Shown here: in pieces, positions 38,501 through 52,000 of the stretch
How positions within the stretch are numbered: the first letter of the stretch is position 1
How the letters are laid out: every line of letters starts with the position of its first letter
From: Antedon mediterranea
Taxonomy: Eukaryota; Animalia; Echinodermata
NCBI RefSeq assembly: GCF_964355755.1
Contig: NC_092680.1
Location: 248,001 to 312,000, forward strand
DNA: 64,000 bases
Direction of reading: 5' to 3'
Program-made: the position numbers and the translations under genes
Notes under the pieces: generated by a model
The model's database searches: none
Told to the model about the DNA's origin: nothing
The model's input: the letters and a program-made list of their open reading frames with translations, nothing else

Positions 38501-40135
38501 ATGGTTACTATAGCATAATAAACCTGCGCAGAGTCGACTAATGGGTTCTGCGCATGTCAATTGTGTTATAGTAACCATATTTGACATAAATGGTTACTAT
38601 TGCATAATAAACATGCGCAGAGACGAATAATGGGTTCTGCGCATGTTAATTGTGCTATAGTAACCAGTTTTATCGAAAAATAAAAAGGTCGAAAATTGGC
38701 CATTTTTTGGAAAAAATCCTGTACTATAGTACAGGGAAATTTGCGAAATATGGCCGATTTCTGACCCTTTTTTTTTTTACATAAATGCTTACTATTGCAT
38801 AATAAACATGCGCAGAGGTGAATAATGCATTCTGCACATGTCAATTGTGCTATAGTAACCAGTTTTGACATAAATGGTTACTATAGCATAATAAACATGT
38901 GCAGAGGCGACTAATGGGTTCTGCGCATGTCAATTGTGCTAAAATAAAAATGTCGAAAATTGGCCATTTTTTTTGACAAAATCCCGATTTCCGACCCTTT
39001 TATTTTTTGACATAAATGGTTACTATAGCACAATTGACATGCGCAGAACCCATTAGTCGACTCTGCGCATGTTTATTATGCTATAGTCACCATTTATGTC
39101 AAAAGTGGTTATTTTATCAAAAAATAAAAAGGTCGAAAATTTGTACAGGGAAATTTTTGAAAATTGTTTTCATGTTTCTTGTATTTTTACTTTAGTTTAA
39201 AGTATTAATAAGAATATTTAATAATAATATCATTACGGTGTTCACATCGTCTCTCCAGGGTATTTAATTCTAAATATTCCAGAAATAAAATCAATACTCT
39301 AATAATAACTAAACAAGTTTAAGTGAGTATTGAATAAAATAATTATTGACAATTATTCGTAGGGCAGTACCAAATTATTTTATGTTTAAAACAACATTGC
39401 TGCACTTAAATGGGTTTCCTATGACATAATAGGTGTTAATATGTCAATTGAGTGAGTCTTTCATGGCATTTGTAGTTGAGTTAATCTTTGGTGACAATAG
39501 TAACACACACTTGTAATTGAGTGGTATTTTGATTTTTTAATTTCATATTTCTAGTTAAAATTTTGAATATCTGAATATACCACAAGGTGTATCATTCCCT
39601 AAATAGCCCAAAAAGCTAAAAAAGTGATTTTTGAAAAATGTGCCAGTTGAGTCGTTCAGTATAGTACAGGGCTTTTTTTCGAAAAATTGCCTAAATATCT
39701 AATTATTAATTCAATAAATATGCCATAATATTGCCATTAATGCACATATATTGTGTTATCAATATCTTATAGAGCCATAGTAACTAGTTATGTCAAAAAA
39801 TAAAAGGGTCGAAAAATGGCAACATTTCCCTATACTATAGTACAGGTTTCCCTATACTATAGTACAGGTTTCCCTATACTATAGTACAGGTTTCCCTATA
39901 CTATAGTACAGGTTTCCCTATACTATAGTACAGGTTTCCCTATACTATAGTACAGGTTTCCCTATACTATAGTACAGGTTTCCCTATACTATAGTACAGG
40001 TTTCCCTATACTATAGTACAGGTTTCCCTATACTATAGTACAGGTTTCCCTATACTATAGTACAGGTTTCCCTATACTATAGTACAGGTTTCCCTATACT
40101 ATAGTACAGGTTTTTTTTTCGAAAAATTGCCAAAA
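35560..40135. repeat. Complex foldback satellite: 89-bp and ~107-bp palindromic modules, inverted flanking module, terminal 22-bp array
   Basis: 89-bp and ~196-bp periodicities in 35930-39150; 35644-35724 is inverted to 39710-39790; (TTTCCCTATACTATAGTACAGG)n at 39825-40113. Confidence 0.9.
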
Positions 40136-41610
40136 TATCAAATTTTTAGCATTATTCTTATACCTTATAAATATTATTAATACAAGATGCATTTCATCTG
40201 TTATATACATTTATTGAATATAGTCAAATAATCTTGAATGTGTTAAGTCTTGTCTATATGCATATAAAAATGTCATTTCTTCAACAATCTAATTTATTTG
40301 TAGTAAATAAGTTAATAATTTTTCAAAGATTAACTAAATTGTATGGCATAATAAATATTGTGTTTTCACTATAAACCAATGAAGGCACACATATTATTTT
40401 AAAGGCACTATTTTTCCAATAGTTCCTTGGCATAGCTATAACTAAACTGCTTAATATGCTTCTACTACAGTAGATGAAAAGGGTACACTGAAAATGGCTG
40501 TTAAGCTTTAGGTGCAACAAAATTAAACTACAATTTCTGGATATCTTGTAAGCCTACATTTGTTCAAATCACCTCAATATTTATGTTATTTGCAATCCAT
40601 CGCCTCATTGTATGTAAATGTCAGTGAACAGTCATTATATTACGCTACAAAACAACTATTCCACCTTTTACTAACATTTCTTTTAAATTCATAAAAACCT
40701 TAAAGTACAGAAAATCACATTCTATACAACATATTTACATTATTTGATCTGTGTATGATTTTGATTAGAAATAACCAAATTTATTTTTTATTTGTTCACG
40801 TTCAACTAGCTTATTGCACATCTTAACTTGTTCTAAATATTGATTTAAAGCACTCGTGTATCAAATTCAATTTCTTATAAATATTGAATTAAATTCTAAA
40901 AACTGTAATATATTGCCATCACAGATAAGCATAAATAATTAAGATTAAGACTGTTCTATTTACACATATTTTTTATATATTATTAAATAAGTTTATTTTA
41001 TTACACATGTTCAGTAATTCATGAATCTACTTGTTTAAATTGCTAAGTTGAAAACAATCACCACTTTGTGCGAGTTAAAATTTAATTAACAAATAAAATA
41101 TACTATTACGGTAAAGAAACATTTTCATAATACTGTAAATTGACAGCTTAGTCAACAATCAAATACACAGTTGTTGGCATAATGTTAAGAACACAAACTT
41201 TGCCTAAAGTTTTGAATGTTAGATTTTACTTACTCCATGTTATGGAACAAATATTTCTAATTTCTTATAATTTAGATTCAGTAAAATAAACATATTTAAA
41301 TAATAATACATTTGATTTATTATAATATCTATAATGTTAACCCTAATATCAAGGCATGTCAAAGCTCATAAAAATAGAATTTGTTCAAATACTAAAATAT
41401 CTATCCAAGAATGTGACATAAAAATACATTTGCTAAGCCTGTTTACAACCCAAATATACAGCATTGAAAAACAGTTAGTCTGATGTAAAATAAAATGCTG
41501 TGTTAATTGCAAACAATTATGCAATATATAAAATAATAAATATCCTTTATCATAATAATCATCAACATTATAATAATTAACAGTATCAACCGTGATTGAA
41601 CCCCTGACCT

Positions 41611-42055
41611 TGGAATTGAAAGGTAAGCATGTTAACCACTGCTTACCGTTACCGCTAGTCTGTTTAAATTGGCTTTTATACCCCTGGAATTGAAAGGTAA
41701 GCATGTTAACCACTGCTTACCGTTACCGCTAGTCTGTTTAAATTGGCTTTTATACCACTGGAATTGAAAGGTAAGCATGTTAACCACTGCTTACTGTTAC
41801 CGCTAGTCTGTTTAAATTGGCTTTTATACCACTGGAATTGAAAGGTAAGCATGTTAACCACTGCTTACCGTTACCGCTAGTCTGTTTAAATTGGCTTTTA
41901 TACCCCTGGAATTGAAAGGTAAGCATGTTAACTACTGCTTACCGTTACCGCTAGTCTGTTTAAATTGGCTTTTATACCACTGGAATTGAAAGGTAAGCAT
42001 GTTAACCACTGCTTACTGTTACCGCTAGTCTGTTTAAATTGGCTTTTATACCACT
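41611..42055. repeat. 74-bp x6 tandem array from a tRNA-like head
   Basis: Unit TGGAATTGAAAGGTAAGCATGTTAACCACTGCTTACCGTTACCGCTAGTC... Confidence 0.92.
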
Positions 42056-42964
42056 AAACTTAATTTTTTTAAATAAAACAGCCTTCTGATTTTTAATCTA
42101 ATATTTGATACTTAAAATATTTTTCAAGCAATTTAATTACTTTATTAATATTAATGTTACTTAATTTTTAGATGCATATACGGTATTATATTTGTTACGT
42201 TTGCTCTTTGTTCAATTTAAAAAATGTAAATTAAAATACATATATATTTTTCTCTCGTTTTGTAACATTGTTCTTTTTAATACCCATAATAACAAACAAA
42301 TCATTTTTTAAATATGCATTAAATACGTAAAAATAAGTTGAAAGAACAAATTACTGACTTTGTAAATTCCAAATATATATATATTTTTTAGAAAAAATAC
42401 TATGGAAATAATAAAACCTAATATTTATACTTTGCACAATCCCTTATAATTGCACATAAACATTCCTTTCAATCCAATTATAGTCATTTATTATATTTTT
42501 GTCGCATATTTCACTCGTTTTTTCAATAATTCTAACCCCTGGTCGTTCAAAAATCTGACCTATTGATGTAGCACTTTTTGTTGAAAGCCACACACTATAT
42601 TTCTATGTTATTGATTTTTAAAGAAATTCTTGGGATGAACTATGAAAACATGATTTTGGATTATCAAAATATGAGGGCGGGAAAAGTGAACGATCCTGTA
42701 AAAGCTGAACAGTTCGAATCTAATTTATGAAATACCAGATTCACATTAATAATCAGTGATCAGAGTTCATGTACCCCCCATAGTCTTTACTATAGATCAA
42801 ACATTGCGTGCTGTGCTTACATTGTGTTTCTATCACTTAGAATCTTATGGAATGTAAATCAATTATTTTCTTTATTAAAAGACATTTTCTAAATGATAAA
42901 ATACCTTAATGATTGTTATAGGGAAATTGATGTTACAAGAGATTTGTTTGTGACACACAGATCA

Positions 42965-43084
42965 TCATATTATCTCATAGGCTTTTAAACTTGAAACCAG
43001 GACATAGATGATCCAAAGTAAAGTAAGGAATCCACTGCTTAGGTACTTAGTTCTTGTCTTACCACCAAGCTCACCACCAACAAA
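42965..43084 (-). CDS. SLC8A: NCX terminal exon (FVGGELGG…SSLKAYEII*)
   Basis: GGELGG motif, TGA stop. Confidence 0.93.
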   Translation of the reverse strand, partial: FVGGELGGKTRTKYLSSGFLTLLWIIYVLVSSLKAYEII

Positions 43085-46000
43085 CTGAGGAGATTCAAAT
43101 TAATAAATTAATAAAATAATTACTAAATATAACGGCTGAATGTAAAATGCATGTCAGTAGTTTTGTATAAAACAGTTGCCCATTTCGGCAGTTGCTCAGC
43201 AATTAATTTACTGAGCAAATGTGGTTCAGTCAGTGTATGTATATGTATGCCACTGTGTACTATATACAGTATATATTGTTTGTTTATTTGGTTTATAATA
43301 TCATTAATATGTATGTAGTTATTTGCACTACTCATAAGTGTTTGTCAATAAAGTTATTTATTTATGCACCATTCAAAAGAAAATTCTCAAAACGTCCAAC
43401 CTAGCAACTCCCACTGTGGTGAAGCCGCAATTTCGTAATAAGTGTGTGTAAATAATACAACTAATAAATTATCTAATTTCTGATTAAAAACAAAATACAT
43501 CATAATTACCGTTCGTCGGATAATGAGTAAAATAATACAGACAGTTCCTACAGATGTAAAGAGTATAACAGCAAGATCTAGGCCATCTGTACTGACTTCA
43601 AACACTTCACTGTTAACCTGACAATATATGGTCTTGATCACCCATGGTAAACCTAGGCCTAGGAATACATTCACGCTATTGCTACCTGAAATTAGTAATC
43701 AATATTAAAATTAGGAGTTCAGTATGTTAAATTCAATATGGGAGAACACCCCTTTAAGACACCCTTATTCAATTTCAGTTGTATTTCACACAACATAATA
43801 TTATAAATATCCCAGGCACAGAATCAATTCTAACCACCTGGTGACATGCTGAAATTTAATTATTTGAAACGATAAGATAAGGAAATCTGTAAGAATGATA
43901 CATTTGTACTTATAAATATTAAATAATAATAATAATAATACATTTGATTGTGTGTGGAGATTTCAATAAGATTTCAGAGGACACTTGTGAAATGAACAAT
44001 GGGATGTCTTACCTATTCATTGGAGAGCCCTAAAGGTGTCCCCTCAATAAAGGTACTACTGTACGTATTAATATCTATAACAAGGCCATATTATACATGG
44101 CTGCAGTCGTATGCACAAATTTGAGTTAGTGTTTACCGACCGACCAACCGACATAGTGAGCTATAAAGTCACGTAAATACCTGTAATATTGCCAATTGCT
44201 GCATCAGCGTGTTTGTCCTGTAGTGCTGCCGTTCGACTGGCAAACGTATCTGGTACACTGGTTCCTAAGGCTATGATGGTAATACCAGCCACACTTGCTT
44301 TGATGTTTAATACACATCCAATTAATGTCCCAAGCTATGAATATAACAAACATATTAGCTGTAAATATTGTACATGATTAAAACACATCCAATTAATGTC
44401 CCAAGCTATGAATATAACAAACATATTAGCTGTAAATATTGTACATGATTAAAACACATCCAATTAATGTCCCAAGCTATGAAAATTTAAAAAATATTAG
44501 CTGTAAATATTGTACATGATTAAAACACATTCAATTGATGTCCCAAGCTATGAAAATAAAAAAAATATTAGCTGTAAATATTGTACATGATTAAAACACA
44601 TCCAATTGATGTCCTAAGCTATGAAAATAAAAAAAATATTAGCTGTAAATATTGTACATGTTTAATACACATCCAATTGATGTCCCAAGCTATGAAAATA
44701 AAAAAAATATTAGCTGTAAATATTGTACATGATTAAAACACATCCAATTAATGTCCCAAGCTATGAAAATAAAAAAAATATTAGCTGTAAATATTGTACA
44801 TGATTAAAACACATCCAATTAATGTCCCAAGCTATGAAAATAAAAAAAATATTAGCTGTAAATATTGTACATGATTAAAACACATCCAATTAATGTCCCA
44901 AGCTATGAAAATAAAAAAAATATTAGGTGTAAATATATGTTGCATATCTTTTGCAGCCCTCTATTTTGTTAGAACAGAAAAGGAAATGAATTAGGTTGTT
45001 GTATTTTTTTTTTACTATGACATAATTGTTGTCATCATCATATCTATTGTAAACAATGGTTTAATTAAATTTCCTTGTTCCTTTCTTGTCTAATGATCCT
45101 GTTTTTCAATTAATAATCTTAATTTGTTTAATCCATTGTGTATATATTTGGAAATATGAGATAAAAGAGAATTCTTTTACTGAGCAGGTATTTTGTTATT
45201 TGAAATTGTTAAATGATTTTCTTATTTGAGTAATTATTCCAATGCTTAAATACTGACCTGTTCAACCAAGGCTGTTAACACTCCAATGAGAACTAAAGAC
45301 GTTACAAATGCTGGCCACCCTCCTAGGATGTTTCTGAAAAACAAAGAAAATCATTATAATGTATAATATTTCCAAATATATACATAATAAACATAAAAGT
45401 TAAACATAATTACATCCAAGGACGGACCGGAGGTGAGAAAATGTCCATGTGGCCTACTAGATCTCTTACATCAGGTGGCCAATGTCTGCTAGTAGTTCCT
45501 TAGACTATATAGGACATCTACAGATAGTGGTAGAGCTTTTGCTGCGGCAGCTCCTACTCTGTGGAATTCCTTACCAATTTTATTCAGACAGTCTGCCACT
45601 CTAAACTCTTTCAAGACCCAGTTTTTAAGTCTTTCCTTAATTTAAATTATTGCCACTTCTCTGTTTGAATTTATGTACAGCGCATTGAGAGCTAGGTTAT
45701 ATGCACTATATAAGAATGAACTATTATTATTAGCAGCATCCTTCTATATATTTATCATACTATCATGTTTCTTTTAACCTGTCCATCAGGTGACAACAAT
45801 GCAGTCACAATTCAAAAACAATTCAGTAGTTACGGAGAATGATCACTTTGATTCAGTATATTGCAAGTTTGCCATCATTATTTTTAAAAAATACATTTTG
45901 TAAGATTAGATGAACGCTACCTGGAAAATGCTGGCATGCATGAGTGAACAAATGGAAAAAATGTCAAATCACATGTTTCCAATAATTAATGATTCACTAT

Positions 46001-49000
46001 GTAAAAGACTAACATGACATTCGTTGCGTTTGCTTTTAGAAATTCTTTTATTTTAATGAATTTAAATTTATAGCGCCTCAAGAGATGATTTGTAAATACG
46101 GTCAAATATCAAGTGTATGTGTGTGGGTGCGTGTTTAGAAATAAATCAAGCTACATTTGCATCATTAACCGATTCTAGGTGTCGTAAATGCAATATACGT
46201 TATCCATATTATAATAACCATGGCGAAGCCTTGTACTCTATGATTACATATTACATACTATGCTAGAATTAACGTCATTTTTCTTTGAAAATAATTGGAT
46301 ATTACTGGATATTTTTACACTCCACACAGGTCAAAGATCTATTTGTAAGAGTCCATGTTATAACATAACGGCAACAAAGGTCCAAATTTGGATCAAAAGT
46401 TATACGTAATATCTCTCTCATTATCAACTTGAGTGTAACGTTCATGAGAAATCACGATATCATTATAAAATAATTTGTCTAGATTAAAAAAAAAATGAAA
46501 TTAAATGTAACATACTTTGGAGGCACAAACGCAAAAAGAACTTTCCAGAAAAACGAAATGAAATGTAATAAATAATCAATCATAGAGGGCGGTATAACAT
46601 TTCCCTTCTCATCTTCATCTCCTCCCACAGTCATTGCACTGTAAGAAAAAAGCAAAAACCGATTGATAAATTTTAAATAAGTTTAATATAACATGAAAAG
46701 TGGTGTTAGGTTACCTTGATGTTTTGTATTGTTGAAATTAATCATAGAAAATAGACTAAGCATGCAATGTCACGACTGTTGTCGTGGTAACTAGAAAAGC
46801 ATATCATAATTTTACGGTTAATATCAATCTATCATTTAGCCAATCAAAGGAATACATTAATTTAACTTAACTATTAATAACACAATAAAGATTTTGTAAT
46901 AATTGAGGAAAGAACTCAATATTTTTCTAAGATGGGGAAAAATAAAGTATCAAATGATGTTGATCATGCAAATGTGATGTTTTTTTCTCTTTTGTGGAGG
47001 CAGCCCACTTGGATATTTAAATTATATTACACAGTCTGAGGTTAAAAGATTATGGAAAATATTTTGATATTGTGTTGAAATCTAAATATGATAAAACAAA
47101 TAAGTATACAGACAAAATTTATATTACAGAGCTAAAACGATATAAAGATTGACATCAGTGATAAAATTAAGATTCAGTATAATAATGATAAAATGATGTA
47201 TTGCATATACTTTGATAAAATTGTATAGTTTTACATTGATAAATGTGATGTTAATGATGATGTTGATCATTAATGTGATGATAATGATAGTGTTGATAAT
47301 GATAATGACAATCCTGATTAATAGTCTGATTAAGAATAATAATCAATAATTACATACATTCTTTATTTTACCATGACAACTACAAAACAATTACAATCTG
47401 CTTAGTAATGCCCACCCAAAATGTGTATACACCACTAATGCTTTCAAGCTTTCAAATGTGTGTGTTTTTCCAATCCGATGATTGATTATTCCACAATTGT
47501 GCAAGGAAAATGTGTTTTGGTATCGCACTTTAAGATGGGAGGCTTGTTAATGACCAATGGGTAATTATATTTTGTAGTGTCAAGCAATTCAAATATTTAA
47601 ATGGATAAGTATGTCTTTAAGTAATAATTTCCTGACAAATTCATTCCATTCTTTCCATTAGCAAGGTAATAGAGAAAACAAATGACATGGACTTCAAGGG
47701 ACAATTAATTTCAGCAAGGGATGTCCAATAATACATAATAGTTTTCACTGGCTGATGAAACTACATCTGGCTCATACAATTCCTTCCATCTATATTCTAT
47801 AACATTGTTTTCATTAGTTACACCTTTAAAGATGATAATTGTTTGTTGTTTTAAGTCTATAATTCAGTCTAATGTAATTTTTAACTAATTCTAACCTATT
47901 ACATGATTTAAAGTATTAAACCTTTGTTGCTATACACAAATAATTACACAATAAATCTGTCAGTAATGTATTCATTGTTGTACATGTTGTCTGTGCTTAT
48001 TTGTAATAGGTACATGTTAGTTCAGTTTGCATAATTCAGTATGGCGGCCCTTAAACCTGGTTTCCACTAAGCAAATTAATTCGCATGAATAGAAAGCATC
48101 AGCTGATGCATATTAGCCGATGAATATTCATATTAACTGATGTATATTCATATTAGCTGATGCATATTAGCTGATGTATATTCATATGTTCATCTTCTAA
48201 ATCTCTTTCTGCTTTATTTTATATCATGTTACAGTATAGCCACTGTTAAAATATTAATTATAACCCATTTTCAAACATACTTTAACATTTAAAATTTCTC
48301 ATTATTCGCTATGTCTACAACAAAATGAGTAAGAAACACCTACTTAGCCCCTGAGGAAGCATTCTATAATAGTAGAAGCTAATAACACCATCAGCATTTA
48401 AACCTCCAAGGAAACAACCTACACAAGTTAAATTACAAACTTCTGACGACGACTAAGTTTTAATTTTTCGTGCTTATTTACTAAATTGTAATTAGTAAAT
48501 AGCATTATAATATGTTAAACATAAACATAAAGTAAAGAGGGTGAAGTGCAACTGTTGATGTCTATGGTTCTATTCAAGCAGAGATACTGCACCAAAAAGA
48601 TGATCATTTATATTAAATATTTGCTTAACGCTATACTTTTACATTTCACACCAACAACAAGTAAATTAGCAATTACAGGATGGATAAACTATATCATACT
48701 AAACTAGTTTCTTTCAATTAAAGCTTAGAAGGTTTTCCAACTTTATTTTGTACTTGAATGTAATATATTTAAACAGCTTTTCAAATGAATAACAATAAAT
48801 CCATTAAAATAACAGTGAATGTGTAAACACCAAGTTCATTAGTACAACAAGAACAGCAGTAAATTACTTAATTTGCATATGACAAAATATCGACAACAAA
48901 AGGTGAGGAACAAGCTGAAAGATTTATAGTCATCATGTAATGGAAAATTAAATTTGATGAGGTAATGAACAGGTTACGTCATTTAGTCAAAAAAGGGGCA

Positions 49001-52000
49001 ATGATACAAAACCAAATACTAATTGAGCAAATAAAGCTAGGCACTGCATCGATTTATATACATGTAAACTGTAATTGATGGTAATGCGTACAAATGAACG
49101 GACTTTGTCGTGCCGTGTCATATACCCGTTTGTAATAGTGTTTCACGTTTTCAATAAAAGTGAATTTCAATAATGACAAAAACAGTGGAATCCATGTTTG
49201 AGGATTGTGATGATCATTACCAATGCGGTGTCTATTAACATATTACCGATAGCTAGGTGAACACTACCCATAATATGATCATTACCAATGCGGTGTCTAT
49301 TAACATATTACCGATAGCTAGCTAAACACTACCCATAATATGATCATTACCAATGCGGTGTCTATTAACATATTACCGATAGCTAGCTAAACACTACCCA
49401 TAATATGATATATTTACTTTAGTTGAATTCTCTACTATTTAATTTTCTTCATTTTAAGCTGACTATTATTGTAATCCATTCACTGACCTCCTTATTTGAC
49501 CCATCCATGTCTCATCCTCTGAGTCTGTTATCAAATTAGCAACTCGATCTGCAATTTCATCTTAAATACATAAAAAAACATTTGTTTTAGTCAGGTAATA
49601 ACAGAATAATATGATAAATAGAAATTTCAATAACAAGTTCAGATGGAGTATCTTTATTGTTTAACAATACTATTTATTTATTAATTAAAACTGTCATCAA
49701 ATGAACAAAAGCATTTTAAATAGCATTTTATGATTACAATTGCCATGTAATAGAATAGTAGTATTGAATAAATAAATTTTAAATCTTTAAAAAGACTGCT
49801 CTTGTATATATTCTAATTCTTTCCATTTACACATAATATTCAAATAATATTCAAATTTGGTTTGATGCAAAGAACTGTATAAAAATCCTATGATCATGAT
49901 GACATAAATGGCAATTTATAGTACAGCAGGATTCTCCAAAACAGTCTAATTACAGACAGACAGAAATATTGGTAATATGCAAATACTGTACATACAAACT
50001 ATACAAAATTATGAGTTAGCATGAAGTAGAATCGTTGTTGACAAACACACAACTGTACATGTCAAACACAGCATAGCGTTTTTTTAAATTTCATCACGCA
50101 CAAAGCGACTACACAACTTTTTCATTCATATTCATTTATTCGTGATCAAACACAGTAAAATATGTACATTATTTTCTATTTTCTACAGATATTTTTTTAT
50201 CAAGACTAATGAGATTAATCCTAGCAAGTTTAGAACTGTGGTATCATGCTTGGAACATGATGATAATAATTTCTCATGATAAGACTTAATGTCCATATAT
50301 TGAAGCTTGACAAGATTTTATTGCCTGGTAAATGTACTTAAGCTGATACATTTGATAAATGGACCTTTTGCTTTTATATAATAATCATATCAAGCATAGT
50401 TGATTAAAATATATATATTATATATATGATTTAGTTTTTAATGACTGTCAACGTACATTACATTATTGTCATAACACATAGAAACCTAATAAAACACAGA
50501 ACAAAAACATGTTTACACAAAAAAAATAAATAAAAATATATATAATACTTTTATAATTTGAAACGATAAAGATGAGGAAATCTGTGAGAATGAGAAAAAG
50601 TCGCCTCAACCGAGACTTGAACCTAGAACCTTCTGCTTGATATGCAGATGTCCTAACTATTAGACCACTAGGGCTTTCATGGTATTGTTCAAACTCGATT
50701 GGATAGCGACTCTTTAACATTGTTGGCGTTTTACGGCGGAACAGCACTAGTCCTCAGTTGTACTCACACACACCAGAGATCAAATTGATACGCCCTCATC
50801 TTAATAATACTTTTACAATGATATATCCCAGTAGTGTTTATGGTGATTTTCTTAAAAACTAAGGAAAGTAAAACAATTTTAATCAATAAATGATGAAATT
50901 AATCAATGTATCTTTACCTCCATTAATGTTAGCAACTGCAGCTGGGTACTCGCCAAGCTTAGCCCCTAGGCTTACGTTTTTCAAGTTCATTACAAAGTTT
51001 TTGTATGTCTACAAAATTAAGGATAAATATTAAATATACATAATACAATCAAACTAACTTGAGAAATGAACAATTAAAAATACAACATATATAAGAGTAA
51101 TTAAATACAACATATATAAGAATAATTAAATACAACATATATAAGAGTAATTAAATACAACATATATAAGAGTAATTAAATACAACATATATAAGAGTAA
51201 TTAAATACAACATATATAAGAGTAATTAAATACAACATATATAAGAGTAATTAAATACAACATATATAAGAGTAATTAAATACAACATATATAAGAGTAA
51301 TTAAATACAACATATATAAGAGTAATTAAATACAACAGACGAAAATAAATGATTATTCAATATTTTTTTTTTTTGGCAGATGGGGTTATTGGTTATCGGT
51401 AGGGCTAATTTTAAAAATGTTTTTTATTTTTAAATTATTATTAAGGGGTTTGCTGTAAAGGGGGTTTGCTGTAAAGGGGGTTTGCCTAAACCAATTGTTT
51501 TTTATTAGAGTTCAGTGACTTGTTCAGGGGTGATTTAACTGAGAATTATGATCTAGACAACATTTTATAAAAAAATCATTCATGTTCCACATCATTTACA
51601 ATGTTTAATGATAAATATTCTTGATTTCATCTCTTGGGAAATTATTTCATTTGATTTCTTTCTTCACTGACAGGAAAACTATTCATATTTAATATTTAAT
51701 GTATCATTTTTGACATCTGAAGAACCAACAACTTACTGATTAAAATTAAAAATACAATTTGGATAAAAAGAATTCCTATATCTTGGTGCAAGAGAATGAT
51801 GGACATAGTCTTATGCCAAATCTATTGGATAATCTGTTTCTAAGGTTTAAAAAGCAATGCCCTCTTCTATTATGTTACCCTATATACAAATTAAATTAAA
51901 ATGTAAAATGCTAAGAACAAGAAATTTGTAAAGTAATTTTAAAATCATAATTGTGGAGTTTGAGGATGGTGGGTGAGGGTGGAACATTGCATTTGTTTTT

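Noticed and set aside
36065-38871. Repetitive Cys-rich ORFs of up to 221 aa on the - strand
   Set aside because: They are translations of the satellite; frames shift between copies through homopolymer indels
50602-50674. Selenocysteine or opal-suppressor tRNA (TCA seen in the loop)
   Set aside because: The 7-nt loop ATATCAA places ATC, not TCA, at the anticodon; there is no long variable arm
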